DNA from: Candidatus Paceibacter sp.
Lineage (GTDB): Bacteria; Patescibacteriota; Minisyncoccia; Phycocordibacterales; GCA-2747955
Length of the DNA stretch: 64,000 bases
Direction of reading: 5' to 3'
Assembly: GCA_014237915.1 (NCBI GenBank)
Contig: JABACC010000013.1
Location: 568 to 64,567, forward strand
Positions 23,966-33,063 of this stretch are shown here, in pieces; position 1 is the stretch's first letter, and each line of letters opens with the position of its first letter. The notes beneath the pieces are model-generated. The model made no database searches. It saw only the letters and a list, made by a program, of their open reading frames with translations, and was not told the origin of the DNA. Position numbers and translations under genes: made by a program.

Positions 23966-25294
23966 ATGAATAAAAAAATAATTGTAAGATTTCCTCCGTC
24001 TCCAACAGGAAATTTACATATAGGAAATATAAGATCATTTCTTTTTAATTATCTTTTTGCAAAAAAAAATAATGGAGAAATTTATTTGCGATTTGAAGAC
24101 ACCGACAAAGAAAGATCAGAAAAAAAATATGAAGAAATTATTTTAAATACCTTAAAAACTCTTGGTTTGGATTTTGATTTTGGCCCAACTTGGCAATCTC
24201 AAAGAATAGAAATTTACCAAAAAGCTTTAGAAAAATTAATCGAAAATAAAAATGCATATTTTGCAGAAGAGTCTCAAGATGGAAGCGGAGAAAAAGTTAT
24301 AAGATTTAAAAATCCAAATAAAAAAATAAAATTCAATGATTTAATTAGAGGCGAAATAGAAATTGATACTTCTGATTTTGGAGATTTTGTTATTGCACGC
24401 TCTTTGGAAAATCCGATTTACCACCTGACAGTTGTTGTTGACGACATTGAATCAGAAATTTCGCACATTATCAGAGGAGAAGATCACATAACCTCCACAC
24501 CACGCCAAATTTTGCTCATAGAAGCGCTTGGGGGGGAAATTCCAGAATATGCACATTTACCATTACTTGTTGGCTCAGATGGAAAAAAATTAGGAAAAAG
24601 ACATGGTGCAGTTTCTTGGCCAGAATTTGAAAAAGATGGATATTTACCAGAATCTCTTTTTAACTATTTAGCTCTTTTAGGCTGGAATCCAGGAGGAGGG
24701 GAAGAGCAAGAATTTTTTTCAAAAGAAGAGCTAATGGAAAAATTTTCAATAGAAAATATAAATAAATCTCCAGCTAAATTTTCATATGAAAAATTAGATT
24801 CTATAAATAAATATTGGATGAGCCGGCTTTCGGACGAAGATTATAAAAAAAATGTTTTTAATTTTTTGTCAGAAAAAATGTTGGAAAATTTTAATTCTCC
24901 AAAAGGTCAAAAAATAATTTCCCTTGTTTTAAAAGAGAGAGTTTCTAAATTTTCAGAAATTTTAGAAATGGAAAAAGCGGGCGAGTTTGATTATTTTTTT
25001 CAAAAACCAAATTTAGAAAATATTAAAATAAATTTTAAAGATGATGGAGACGAAAAAACTAAAAAAATTTTAAAAGAGCTTTATGAAAAATTAGAAGAAA
25101 TTTCAGAAGAAAATTTTAATGCAAAAAAAATAAAAGAAATTTTGTGGGATTGGAGTGGGGAGCTTGGCCGCGGTTCTGTTTTGCACCCGTTTAGAACAAT
25201 TTTATCAGGAGCAGAAAAATCTCCAGATCCTTTTGTTTTAGCAGAAATTTTAGAAAAAGAAGAAACTCTTTCAAGATTAAAAAATTATTTATGA
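23966..25294 (+). CDS. gltX: Glutamyl-tRNA synthetase (probably non-discriminating; GatCA present)
   Basis: Class I motifs: RFPPSPTGNLHIGNIRS (HIGH) and KLGKRHG (KMSKS-like). Confidence 0.9.
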   Translation: MNKKIIVRFPPSPTGNLHIGNIRSFLFNYLFAKKNNGEIYLRFEDTDKERSEKKYEEIILNTLKTLGLDFDFGPTWQSQRIEIYQKALEKLIENKNAYFAEESQDGSGEKVIRFKNPNKKIKFNDLIRGEIEIDTSDFGDFVIARSLENPIYHLTVVVDDIESEISHIIRGEDHITSTPRQILLIEALGGEIPEYAHLPLLVGSDGKKLGKRHGAVSWPEFEKDGYLPESLFNYLALLGWNPGGGEEQEFFSKEELMEKFSIENINKSPAKFSYEKLDSINKYWMSRLSDEDYKKNVFNFLSEKMLENFNSPKGQKIISLVLKERVSKFSEILEMEKAGEFDYFFQKPNLENIKINFKDDGDEKTKKILKELYEKLEEISEENFNAKKIKEILWDWSGELGRGSVLHPFRTILSGAEKSPDPFVLAEILEKEETLSRLKNYL

Positions 25295-25719
25295 AAATAA
25301 AAATTTTATCTGTAGGAAAAATAAATAGTGATATTGAAAATATTTTTGAAAACTATTTAAAAAAGATAAATTATTTTAAAAAAGCAGAACATATAATTTT
25401 AAAAAATGATAAATTTTTTGAAAAAAAAATTTTAGAAAAAACAGAAAAAAAATATTTAGTTTGTTTGGAAGCTACGGGAAAAAATTTCTCTTCTGAAGAA
25501 TTTGCAAATTTTTTAGAAAAAAAAGAAATAGAAGGGGAGAGTGAGATTTTTTTTGTAGTTGCACCAGCTGAAGGTTTTTCTGATGAATTTAAAAAAAAGG
25601 CAAATTTTTTATTTTCACTTTCAAAGCTAACTTTCGCTCACGATTTAGCGCTCCTGCTTTTAGCTGAGAATATTTTCAGAGCTTACACAATTTTAAACAA
25701 TCATCCGTATCATAAATAA
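25291..25719 (+). CDS. rlmH: 23S rRNA (pseudouridine1915-N3)-methyltransferase RlmH (SPOUT)
   Basis: Length and C-terminal motif LSKLTFAHDLALLLLAENIFRAYTILNNHPYHK match RlmH. ATGA overlap with gltX. Confidence 0.75.
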   Translation: MKIKILSVGKINSDIENIFENYLKKINYFKKAEHIILKNDKFFEKKILEKTEKKYLVCLEATGKNFSSEEFANFLEKKEIEGESEIFFVVAPAEGFSDEFKKKANFLFSLSKLTFAHDLALLLLAENIFRAYTILNNHPYHK

Positions 25720-25749
25720 TTTTCTAATTTTAAAAAATATTTTTAAAAA

Positions 25750-26664
25750 TTAATCATCAAGGAAGAATTCTACATATTCGTCAATTTCTCTTTGCTCTAA
25801 ATCATAAAAATTTAAATCTTTTCTGTTTAAATATTTTGCTAATTTTTCTCCCACAAACCTCCAGTGCCAAGGTTCAAATTCGTAATAAATATTATTTTTT
25901 GGGTAGGAGAGAACAAATCCGTATTTATAAGCATTTTCTAAAAGCCATAAATATTCTTCAGTATTTTCAAAACCGATTAACGATGAAGCTATTTTAGAAG
26001 TTGTAAAGTCTACAGAAGTTCCAAGCTGGTGTTCTGAAAAACCTTGATCAGCTGAAAAATTATCAGCCGCACTTCCATAATTTTGAGTATAAACATCTTT
26101 TAAAGCTTCCTGAAAATCGAAAGACCGGTAGGCAGACAAAATTTTTAAATTTAAATTTTCATCTTCTGCATCTTCCAATAAATTTTCCAAAAAATCCCTC
26201 ACTCCAGAATGAATTTCAATATTTTTTTCTGGAAAAAGTAAATAATCTTCGTCGATTTTTCTTAATTTTTCTGGAACATAATGTTCGTTTAAAAAATAAA
26301 CTTTAGAATATTTTTGCAAAAGCTCTGGGTCGGTATTTTGAATTTTTTGAGCAGTTTCAACCGCGTCTTTTAAATCATCCAAATCATCGTCAATTTTATC
26401 AAAATCTTCTTCTAACTCATCGTAATTTTCAATATATTTTTCAAGTTTATTTTTCGTATCAAAAATTTCTTTTTCGAAAGACTTTTGAATTTGTAAAAGT
26501 TCTCTTATCTGAGAATAGTTTTGAGAAAGCTCTACATTGTTTTTTTCTATAATATTTTTCTGATAAAAAAATAAGGTAAAAAAAACTGCAAAAAATAAAA
26601 AAAGTAAAATAGCTGAAAGTTCAGATCTGATTAAATTTTCTTTTCCGTTTATGTTTTTAAACAT
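25750..26664 (-). CDS. Membrane-anchored D-Ala-D-Ala carboxypeptidase, VanY / peptidase M15B family
   Basis: N-terminal TM plus coiled coil. M15B motifs: SAYRSFDFQ, SEHQLGTSVDF, EPWHWRFVG. Confidence 0.75.
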   Translation of the reverse strand: MFKNINGKENLIRSELSAILLFLFFAVFFTLFFYQKNIIEKNNVELSQNYSQIRELLQIQKSFEKEIFDTKNKLEKYIENYDELEEDFDKIDDDLDDLKDAVETAQKIQNTDPELLQKYSKVYFLNEHYVPEKLRKIDEDYLLFPEKNIEIHSGVRDFLENLLEDAEDENLNLKILSAYRSFDFQEALKDVYTQNYGSAADNFSADQGFSEHQLGTSVDFTTSKIASSLIGFENTEEYLWLLENAYKYGFVLSYPKNNIYYEFEPWHWRFVGEKLAKYLNRKDLNFYDLEQREIDEYVEFFLDD

Positions 26665-26676
26665 TTTTATTTTTAA

Positions 26677-27249
26677 TTAACTTTTTAATAAATTTTTTCT
26701 ATAGTATTTTAGCTCCTCTATAGATTCTAAAACATCGTCCAAAGCTCGATGATTTTCTTTTTTTTTGTTAAAAACTTTCTTTTCTTGCCATTTTTGAGCC
26801 AAAATTTTTAAACTAGAAACATCTAAATTTCTATAGTGAAAAAATTTTTCAAGCTCTGGCATATCTTTTGCAAGCATTCTTCTGTCTGAGCAAACTGAAT
26901 TTCCACAAAGAGGCGAGGAGTTTTCTAGACAATATTTTTTTAAAAAATTTAAAAATATTTTTTCAGATTTTTTTGTATCGTATTTTGATTTTCTGCTTTT
27001 TATTTCAAGATTTGAAAAACTTTTTTCAAATTTTTCAGCAACCTCAGGAGACATTTTTTTTAAAGTTTTTTGCATTTTTTTTAAATCTTTTTCTGGTAAA
27101 TTTACAACAAGGCTTTTTTTGGCTAAAATTTTTAATTTTTTGTCTGTAATAATTATAGCAATTTCCACAATTTTATCTTTTTTAAAATCAAGGCCGGTAA
27201 ACTCTGCATCTAACCAGATTAAATTTTCTTTTTTTATAGCTTCTTTCAT
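26677..27249 (-). CDS. orn: Oligoribonuclease
   Basis: Orn motifs: NLIWLDAEFTGLD, CGNSVCSDRRMLAKDMPELEKFFHYRNLDVSSLKILAQKW, HRALDDVLESIEELKYYR. Confidence 0.85.
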   Translation of the reverse strand: MKEAIKKENLIWLDAEFTGLDFKKDKIVEIAIIITDKKLKILAKKSLVVNLPEKDLKKMQKTLKKMSPEVAEKFEKSFSNLEIKSRKSKYDTKKSEKIFLNFLKKYCLENSSPLCGNSVCSDRRMLAKDMPELEKFFHYRNLDVSSLKILAQKWQEKKVFNKKKENHRALDDVLESIEELKYYRKNLLKS

Positions 27250-27340
27250 AAAAAAAATTTTAACATAATTTTTTAATTAAAAAACTTGATTATTTAAAAA
27301 AAATATTATAATATCTAATTAGATTGAAAGGAGAATAACA

Positions 27341-27556
27341 ATGGGAGAATTGGTAGCGCATCCAATAACAAAAGGTCTTTTATGGGGTCACAAGATAAGT
27401 GTTAAGGGGGATAAAGATTTGATATTGCTATTGAATAAATTTAAAAACAGCTTGCCTGAAAACCAAGATTATTTAAATGGAAAAGATATTATTAATGAGT
27501 TTAATATCTTTTTACAAACAAGTGCTGTAAAGATAAATAGGAGGATTTTATGTTAA
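27341..27556 (+). CDS. Hypothetical 71-aa protein; first gene of a compositionally distinct two-gene mini-cassette
   Basis: Strong SD AGGAG 8 nt upstream. TTGATT..TATAAT promoter upstream. GC-richer than neighbouring sequence. Confidence 0.45.
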   Translation: MGELVAHPITKGLLWGHKISVKGDKDLILLLNKFKNSLPENQDYLNGKDIINEFNIFLQTSAVKINRRILC

Positions 27557-27768
27557 CGACAAACAGTGTTAGACCATGTCGTCATTATTATGACAGTAAT
27601 GGAAATAATGTTTCAATAGACCAAGACTGGATCACTTCAGTAATAGAAGGTTCGGCTTATCACAGAAAAATTGTAACTGAAAATCAATTATTTTTAGGTA
27701 CTTCAAGAAGACTTCGTAGTAGACCAAGAAAATGGTTGTATCGTAAGGATCCTAAAGGCGAACAATAA
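27550..27768 (+). CDS. Hypothetical 72-aa basic protein; second gene of the mini-cassette
   Basis: AGGAGG SD. ATGTTAA start/stop overlap with the upstream ORF. Followed at once by a terminator. Confidence 0.45.
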   Translation: MLTTNSVRPCRHYYDSNGNNVSIDQDWITSVIEGSAYHRKIVTENQLFLGTSRRLRSRPRKWLYRKDPKGEQ

Positions 27769-27787
27769 CTTTGTTCGCCTTTTTTAT
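27757..27787 (+). terminator. Terminator GGCGAACAATAACTTTGTTCGCC followed by TTTTTT
   Basis: Overlaps the stop of the 27550..27768 ORF. Confidence 0.7.
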
Positions 27788-27809
27788 AAAAATTTTTTTC
27801 CTTAATTTT

Positions 27810-27818
27810 TGATATAAT
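27810..27818 (+). promoter_or_regulatory. Extended -10 box TGATATAAT, 6 nt upstream of the uvrB ATG (leaderless)
   Basis: Sequence tttgatataat, then ctctaa, then ATG. Confidence 0.45.
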
Positions 27819-27824
27819 CTCTAA

Positions 27825-29846
27825 ATGAAAAATAAATTTAAACTAAATTCTAAATTTAAACCAGCAGGGGATCAAAAAAAAGCTATAAAATCTTTACTTT
27901 CAGGCTTGAAAGAAAAAAAAACTCATCAAACTCTTCATGGTGCCACAGGAACTGGAAAAACTTTTACAATGGCGAATTTAATTGCAGAAACTGGAAAACC
28001 AGCTCTTGTTATTGCTCACAACAAAACTTTGGCCGCCCAGCTTGCTCAGGAATTTAAAGAATTTTTTCCAAAAAATAAAGTTCATTATTTTGTTTCTTAT
28101 TACGATTATTATCAACCAGAAGCTTATGTTACAGCTACAGACACATTTATTGAAAAAGAAATTCAAATAAACAAAGAAATTGATATGTTGCGCCACGCTT
28201 CCACTCAATCACTTTTAACCAGAAACGATGTTATTATTGTGGCTTCGGTTTCTTGTATTTATGGTTTAGGATCTCCAAAAGAATACATAAAAAAAAATAA
28301 ATTGATTTCTATAAACGACGATTTCAAAAGAGGAGAATTTTTAAAATCTTTGGTAAAAATTTTTTATGAAAGAACAAATGCGGATTTAGAACCCGGAAAA
28401 TTTAGATTAGTTGGAAATATTTTAGAAATTATGCCTGTTTCGGAAGAAAAAATTTTTCGTTTAGAAATTTTTGGCAATAAAATTGAAAAAATTTTTTTGG
28501 TTGATCCTGTTTCAAGAGTTGTTTTGGAAGAGCTTAAAAATTTTTTCTTATTTCCGGCCAAACATTTTATTACAGATGCCAGCTTTTTAGAAACGGCATT
28601 AAGAAATATTGAAAAAGAACTAAAAGAAAATTTAGCTTATTTAAAAAAAAATAATAAATTACTCGAGGCTCAAAGACTTGAAAGAAGAACAAAATATGAT
28701 TTAGCAATGATTCGTGAAGTTGGATATTGTTCCGGAATTGAAAATTATTCAAGACATTTATCTGGAAAAAAAGCAGGTGATCCTCCAGAAACTTTAATTT
28801 CATATTTTCCATACAAAAAAAATGGAGAGCCAGATTTTTTAACTTTTATTGACGAATCACACATGACAGTTCCACAAATTGGCGCAATGTTTAAAGGAGA
28901 TGCAGCTAGAAAACAAAATTTAGTCGAACATGGGTTTAGACTTCCTTCAGCAAAAGACAACAGGCCTTTGAAAAAAGAAGAATTTTTTTCTAAAGTTGAT
29001 CCTATAATTTATGTTTCAGCAACGCCGAGCAGCTGGGAAAGGGAAGTATCTGAAAATATTGCAGAGCAAATAATTCGCCCTACAGGACTTTTAGATCCGC
29101 AAATAAAAATAAGGCCTATTTTAGAAAATAAAAAAGAAAAATATAAAGGACAAATTTTTGATTTTATTTCAGAATCAGAAAAAATTATCAAAAAGGGAAG
29201 TCGGATTTTGGCTACAACATTAACCAAGAAAATGTCGGAAGATTTAACTGATTTTTTAAAAGAAAGAAAAATTAAAGCAGTTTATCTTCATTCCGAAATT
29301 GATACTTTAGAAAGAATTGAAATTATAAGGGATTTTCGTTCTGGAAAATATGATATTTTAGTGGGAGTAAATCTTTTAAGGGAAGGTCTCGATATGCCAG
29401 AAGTAGAGCTAATTGGGATTTTAGATGCCGATAAAGAGGGTTTTTTACGTTCTGACGTTGCTTTGATTCAAACAATAGGCCGAGCTGCAAGAAATGAAAA
29501 TGGGAAAGTCATTTTATATGCTGATAAAATAACAAAATCAATGCAAAGTGCAATTTCAGAAACAGAAAGAAGACGAGAAATTCAAGAAACTTACAATAAA
29601 AAAAATAATATAACTCCAAAAACAATTAAAAAAAATATTTCAGATATCAAACAAGCTCTGGAAACAGAACATCAAAAAATTCTTGAGAAACAAATTGGTA
29701 TAGAAGAAGGAATTTTTAAAAAAGCTCCAAAAAAATTTTTAAAGCAAAAAAGAAAAAAAATGGAAGAGGCGGTAGAAAGGCTTGATTTTGAAACTGCCGC
29801 TATACTTAGAGACCAAATTAAGTATTTTGAAAGTAAGAGTAAATAA
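27825..29846 (+). CDS. uvrB: Excinuclease ABC subunit B
   Basis: GATGTGKTFTMANLIAE Walker A. YFVSYYDYYQPEAYV motif. Helicase motifs. C-terminal UVR domain LRDQIKYFE. Confidence 0.95.
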   Translation: MKNKFKLNSKFKPAGDQKKAIKSLLSGLKEKKTHQTLHGATGTGKTFTMANLIAETGKPALVIAHNKTLAAQLAQEFKEFFPKNKVHYFVSYYDYYQPEAYVTATDTFIEKEIQINKEIDMLRHASTQSLLTRNDVIIVASVSCIYGLGSPKEYIKKNKLISINDDFKRGEFLKSLVKIFYERTNADLEPGKFRLVGNILEIMPVSEEKIFRLEIFGNKIEKIFLVDPVSRVVLEELKNFFLFPAKHFITDASFLETALRNIEKELKENLAYLKKNNKLLEAQRLERRTKYDLAMIREVGYCSGIENYSRHLSGKKAGDPPETLISYFPYKKNGEPDFLTFIDESHMTVPQIGAMFKGDAARKQNLVEHGFRLPSAKDNRPLKKEEFFSKVDPIIYVSATPSSWEREVSENIAEQIIRPTGLLDPQIKIRPILENKKEKYKGQIFDFISESEKIIKKGSRILATTLTKKMSEDLTDFLKERKIKAVYLHSEIDTLERIEIIRDFRSGKYDILVGVNLLREGLDMPEVELIGILDADKEGFLRSDVALIQTIGRAARNENGKVILYADKITKSMQSAISETERRREIQETYNKKNNITPKTIKKNISDIKQALETEHQKILEKQIGIEEGIFKKAPKKFLKQKRKKMEEAVERLDFETAAILRDQIKYFESKSK

Positions 29847-30136
29847 AAAACTATCAAACCTGTAGAAAGTCTAAAAAAGAATGGTGTATAAAGGTTTAGT
29901 AGCCTTAAGAATATATTATACAAATGTCGCAAAAGATATATTGTGCGACACTTATTCAGTATAAATATACCGCTCACCTTTTTATGATTCTCTGTGTTCT
30001 CTAAGTTTTATATCTGCTACTTTTTTCTATTTTTTAAATAAGCATCCCTCCTTTTTAATTTTCAGAGTGATAAATTTTAAGCTATGTATTTTTCTTATTA
30101 AAATAAATTTAATTAATCAAAAAACTTATTTATTTT

Positions 30137-30472
30137 TTATTGTAATCCATCACAATTTTTTGCAGCGCGGTATCCATCATTTTCTGCATCATCTTTTGTT
30201 TCAAAAAAAATTTTATTTTCCTCAGACATTTTTAAAGCCCCAGAGCACCAAGGTAAATGGTAGACAGAGCCATTTTTTGAGGCTACATAAACAATTTCTT
30301 GTACTTCTTCCCCACTGCTAGCGTTAACCTCTCTTAGGGAAGCATTTTCTTGTTCTAAAGAAGACATTTTTCCTAAGAAAAATGAAAAAATATTTGCTAG
30401 TAAAAATATTAAAATAAGGAAAAATTCTTCTTTTTTAAAAATTATTTGTATTTTTTCTCTAATTTTTTTCAT
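30137..30472 (-). CDS. Small secreted/anchored protein with a conserved YH-x-P-x-C ... GYR-x-x-K-x-C motif (hypothetical)
   Basis: N-terminal TM. C-terminal VYHLPWCSGALKM...AENDGYRAAKNCD. Confidence 0.5.
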   Translation of the reverse strand: MKKIREKIQIIFKKEEFFLILIFLLANIFSFFLGKMSSLEQENASLREVNASSGEEVQEIVYVASKNGSVYHLPWCSGALKMSEENKIFFETKDDAENDGYRAAKNCDGLQ

Positions 30473-30542
30473 AAAAATTCTTTTATTTTTACTTTAATTT
30501 TGATACAATTGTGGTTAATTATTATTATTTTAACATAAATTT

Positions 30543-30815
30543 ATGGCACATAGAAAAGCAGGAGGATCATCAAGAGTACTTAGAGATTCAAATCCTAAAT
30601 ATTTAGGGGTTAAGTTAGCTGATGGTAAAAAAGTAAAAACAGGTCAAGTTATTGTAAGACAAAGAGGCACAAAAGTTATGGCTGGAAAAGGTGTTGGTGT
30701 GGCAAAAGATCACACGCTTTTTGCTCTTCAAAATGGAAAGGTGGAGTTCTCTTCAAAAAGAAAGAAAAATTTTGACAATTCTACTTCAAGAAGAAAAATT
30801 GTAAATCTTATTTAA
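30543..30815 (+). CDS. rpmA: Ribosomal protein L27
   Basis: [11 protein letters not shown]...[27 protein letters not shown]. Confidence 0.9.
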   Translation: MAHRKAGGSSRVLRDSNPKYLGVKLADGKKVKTGQVIVRQRGTKVMAGKGVGVAKDHTLFALQNGKVEFSSKRKKNFDNSTSRRKIVNLI

Positions 30816-30841
30816 ATTTAAAAATTCTTAATTTAAAATTT

Positions 30842-31486
30842 TTAAATTAATAATTTTTTTGTTTTATCTTTAAATATCATTGAATTTGCCCCCACCTTAG
30901 AAGCTCCTGCCTTTATTAATTTTAGATAATTTTCTTCTTTTACTCCCCCATCTATTGTAATTTCTAATTTTGGAAAATTTTTTCTAAAAAATTTTATTTT
31001 TTTATAAACATCTTCTGAAAGTTTTTCTCCTGAATAACCAACTTTTTTTATACCCATAATTTGAATAAACTTAAAATTATTTTCTTGTAGAATTTTTAAA
31101 ATTTCAGAATTTTTATCATCTAAATGCACTCCGAGTCCTACGTTAATTTTTTCATTTTTGGAAAAAAGAAATATTTCTGAAAAATCCCTAACTGTTTTTT
31201 TGTGAAAAACAACCCTTGCGGCATTTGATAATTTTACTAAAGTCAGCCATTTTTCTGGTTTTTTTACCATCATATCAAGCTCTAAATTTAAATTTTTTGT
31301 TACTTTTTTTATTTTTAAAAAAGAATCTTTTCTCTTAGATGAAGCAAAAGTTTTTGAAGGAACAAATTCTCCATCACAAATATCAATTTGAACAGAGTTA
31401 AAGTTTTTTTTTATTTTTTTTATTTTTTTTTCTATTTCTAAAAATTCTTTTTCTAAAATTGCTGGAAAAATTTTATTTTTTTTCAT
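30842..31486 (-). CDS. Ribulose-phosphate 3-epimerase-like TIM-barrel protein (metal-binding His positions not obviously conserved)
   Basis: IFPAILEKEF, IDICDGEFVPS, MMVKKP, IDGGVKEEN...AGASKVGANSMIF align to the RPE family. H-to-I and H-to-M substitutions at the metal-ligand positions. Confidence 0.55.
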   Translation of the reverse strand: MKKNKIFPAILEKEFLEIEKKIKKIKKNFNSVQIDICDGEFVPSKTFASSKRKDSFLKIKKVTKNLNLELDMMVKKPEKWLTLVKLSNAARVVFHKKTVRDFSEIFLFSKNEKINVGLGVHLDDKNSEILKILQENNFKFIQIMGIKKVGYSGEKLSEDVYKKIKFFRKNFPKLEITIDGGVKEENYLKLIKAGASKVGANSMIFKDKTKKLLI

Positions 31487-31556
31487 AAAATAATTATATC
31501 AAAAAAGAGAGAATTAATTCTCTCTTTTTTGAAAATATATTTTTAAAATTTATTTT

Positions 31557-31808
31557 TTATAAACCTAATTCTTTTGAAATCCCCTCTTCGTCAAAACCTA
31601 CAATGTACTGAGTCTCTCCTTCTTCTGGAATAATTTCAAGCACTGGAACTCCTAATTGTTCTGTTTTTTCTGCAATGTACGATGCTTTTTCTTGGTTTTC
31701 TGAAACATCAATATTATTATATGCAATATTTTTTTCATCTAAAAAATTTTTTAGCATATTACAATAAGTACAAGTTGGAGTTGTGTAAACGTTAATTTTT
31801 TTATCCAT
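31557..31808 (-). CDS. Glutaredoxin/NrdH-like small thioredoxin-fold protein
   Basis: VYTTPTCTYCNMLKNFL CxxC motif. 83 aa. Confidence 0.7.
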   Translation of the reverse strand: MDKKINVYTTPTCTYCNMLKNFLDEKNIAYNNIDVSENQEKASYIAEKTEQLGVPVLEIIPEEGETQYIVGFDEEGISKELGL

Positions 31809-31837
31809 ATTTTTATAATTATTTTAAATAATAAAGT

Positions 31838-32320
31838 CTATCTTTTTACCCAAGTTGGGGCTTTTCTAGCTTTTTTAAGACCTGGTTTTTTTCTTTCAAC
31901 AGACCTTGGATCTCTTTTTAAAAATCCTTTTTCTTTCAAAACAGCTCTGTTTTCTGGATTAGATTTTAAGAGTGCTCTTGAAATACCTAGTCTTATTGCT
32001 TCAGCTTGAGCTGAAATACCGCTACCTTTAACATAAGCGCTAACTAAAAAATTTTCTTTTTGCTCTTCAAGAGCTTCTTTTACTTTTTTTTGTAGCTCTT
32101 CATTTTTGAAAAAATCTTCAAGGTTTTTTCCGTTAATAGAAAAAGTTGTTTTCTTTTCTGGGTAAAGCCTTACTCTTGTTGTTGCTGTTTTTCTTCTTCC
32201 GATAGCTTCAAAAAATTCTCCATTTTTTTTTGAAACTAAATCTTTAACCTCTGAAATTACTTTCTCTGTAACCTTCTTCTTGTTTACTTTTTTTTTATTT
32301 CTAAATTTTTTATCAGTCAT
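31838..32320 (-). CDS. rpsI: Ribosomal protein S9 with a basic N-terminal extension
   Basis: [19 protein letters not shown]...[26 protein letters not shown]. Confidence 0.9.
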   Translation of the reverse strand: MTDKKFRNKKKVNKKKVTEKVISEVKDLVSKKNGEFFEAIGRRKTATTRVRLYPEKKTTFSINGKNLEDFFKNEELQKKVKEALEEQKENFLVSAYVKGSGISAQAEAIRLGISRALLKSNPENRAVLKEKGFLKRDPRSVERKKPGLKKARKAPTWVKR

Positions 32321-32323
32321 GTT

Positions 32324-32686
32324 TTAATCTTTAATAATTAAATTTTTCATCATTTCTTTTCTTAGTCTGTTGTTTGGCAACATTCCAAATACTGCTTTTT
32401 TTAAGACCTCGCCATACCCTTTTTTTTCAATAATATCAGACATTTTAAATTCTTTTCTCCCTCCGGGATATCCAGAATATGAATCATATTTTTTTGTATC
32501 TTTTTTCTTTTGAGAAATATCTAGTTCTGAAAGATTTGAGACATTGATTTTTAATTTTGAAACTTTATTTCTTGCAAAATCTGGTTCATTTTTACCCATT
32601 AATAAAACCGCTATTTCAGATGAAAATCTTCCTAGTTTTTTATTTTTTGCGTCTAAATTATATTCTTTCATAAAAATTTTATACAA
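32324..32686 (-). CDS. rplM: Ribosomal protein L13
   Basis: LGRFSSEIAVLLMGKNEPDF...YSGYPGGRKE...AVFGMLPNNRL. Confidence 0.85.
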   Translation of the reverse strand: MYKIFMKEYNLDAKNKKLGRFSSEIAVLLMGKNEPDFARNKVSKLKINVSNLSELDISQKKKDTKKYDSYSGYPGGRKEFKMSDIIEKKGYGEVLKKAVFGMLPNNRLRKEMMKNLIIKD

Positions 32687-33038
32687 ATTCTATTATTGCA
32701 ACAGGGGCTCCATCTGAGCCAACCCTGTCTCCTTTTTTAATAATTCTTAAGTATCCTCCATTTCTATCTTTATACTTTTTAGATAATTCTTCTACTATTT
32801 TTTTTGAAACATTCTCTCCTCCACTTCCTAATTTTTTCATTAAAAGTCTTCTTGAAGCCAAAGTTTCTTTTTTGCCTAAGGTAATTAATTTCTCAACATA
32901 AGGTCTTATTGCCTTTGCTTTTGTCTCCGTTGTCTCAATCTTCTCTTTTTCTACAAGTGAGATAGCCAAGGATCTATACAATGCTTTTCTTGCATCTTTT
33001 TCTCTTCCAAATTTTTTATTTTTATTATGATGTCTCAT
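32679..33038 (-). CDS. rplQ: Ribosomal protein L17
   Basis: MRHHNKNKKFGREKDARKA...TTETKAKAIRPYVEKLITLGK...NGGYLRIIK. Confidence 0.9.
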   Translation of the reverse strand: MRHHNKNKKFGREKDARKALYRSLAISLVEKEKIETTETKAKAIRPYVEKLITLGKKETLASRRLLMKKLGSGGENVSKKIVEELSKKYKDRNGGYLRIIKKGDRVGSDGAPVAIIEFV

Positions 33039-33063
33039 AGGGCTATATTATACACTTTTTATT

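Noticed and set aside
25291-25294. Possible UGA recoding (as in some CPR lineages)
   Set aside because: TGA terminates gltX at the ATGA overlap with rlmH, and many other ORFs end in TGA at sensible lengths. Standard code 11 applies.
30030-30050. GCATCCCTCCTTTT resembling the 3' end of 16S rRNA
   Set aside because: It does not match the conserved GGATCACCTCCTT terminus. No rRNA-like sequence upstream. Isolated motif only.
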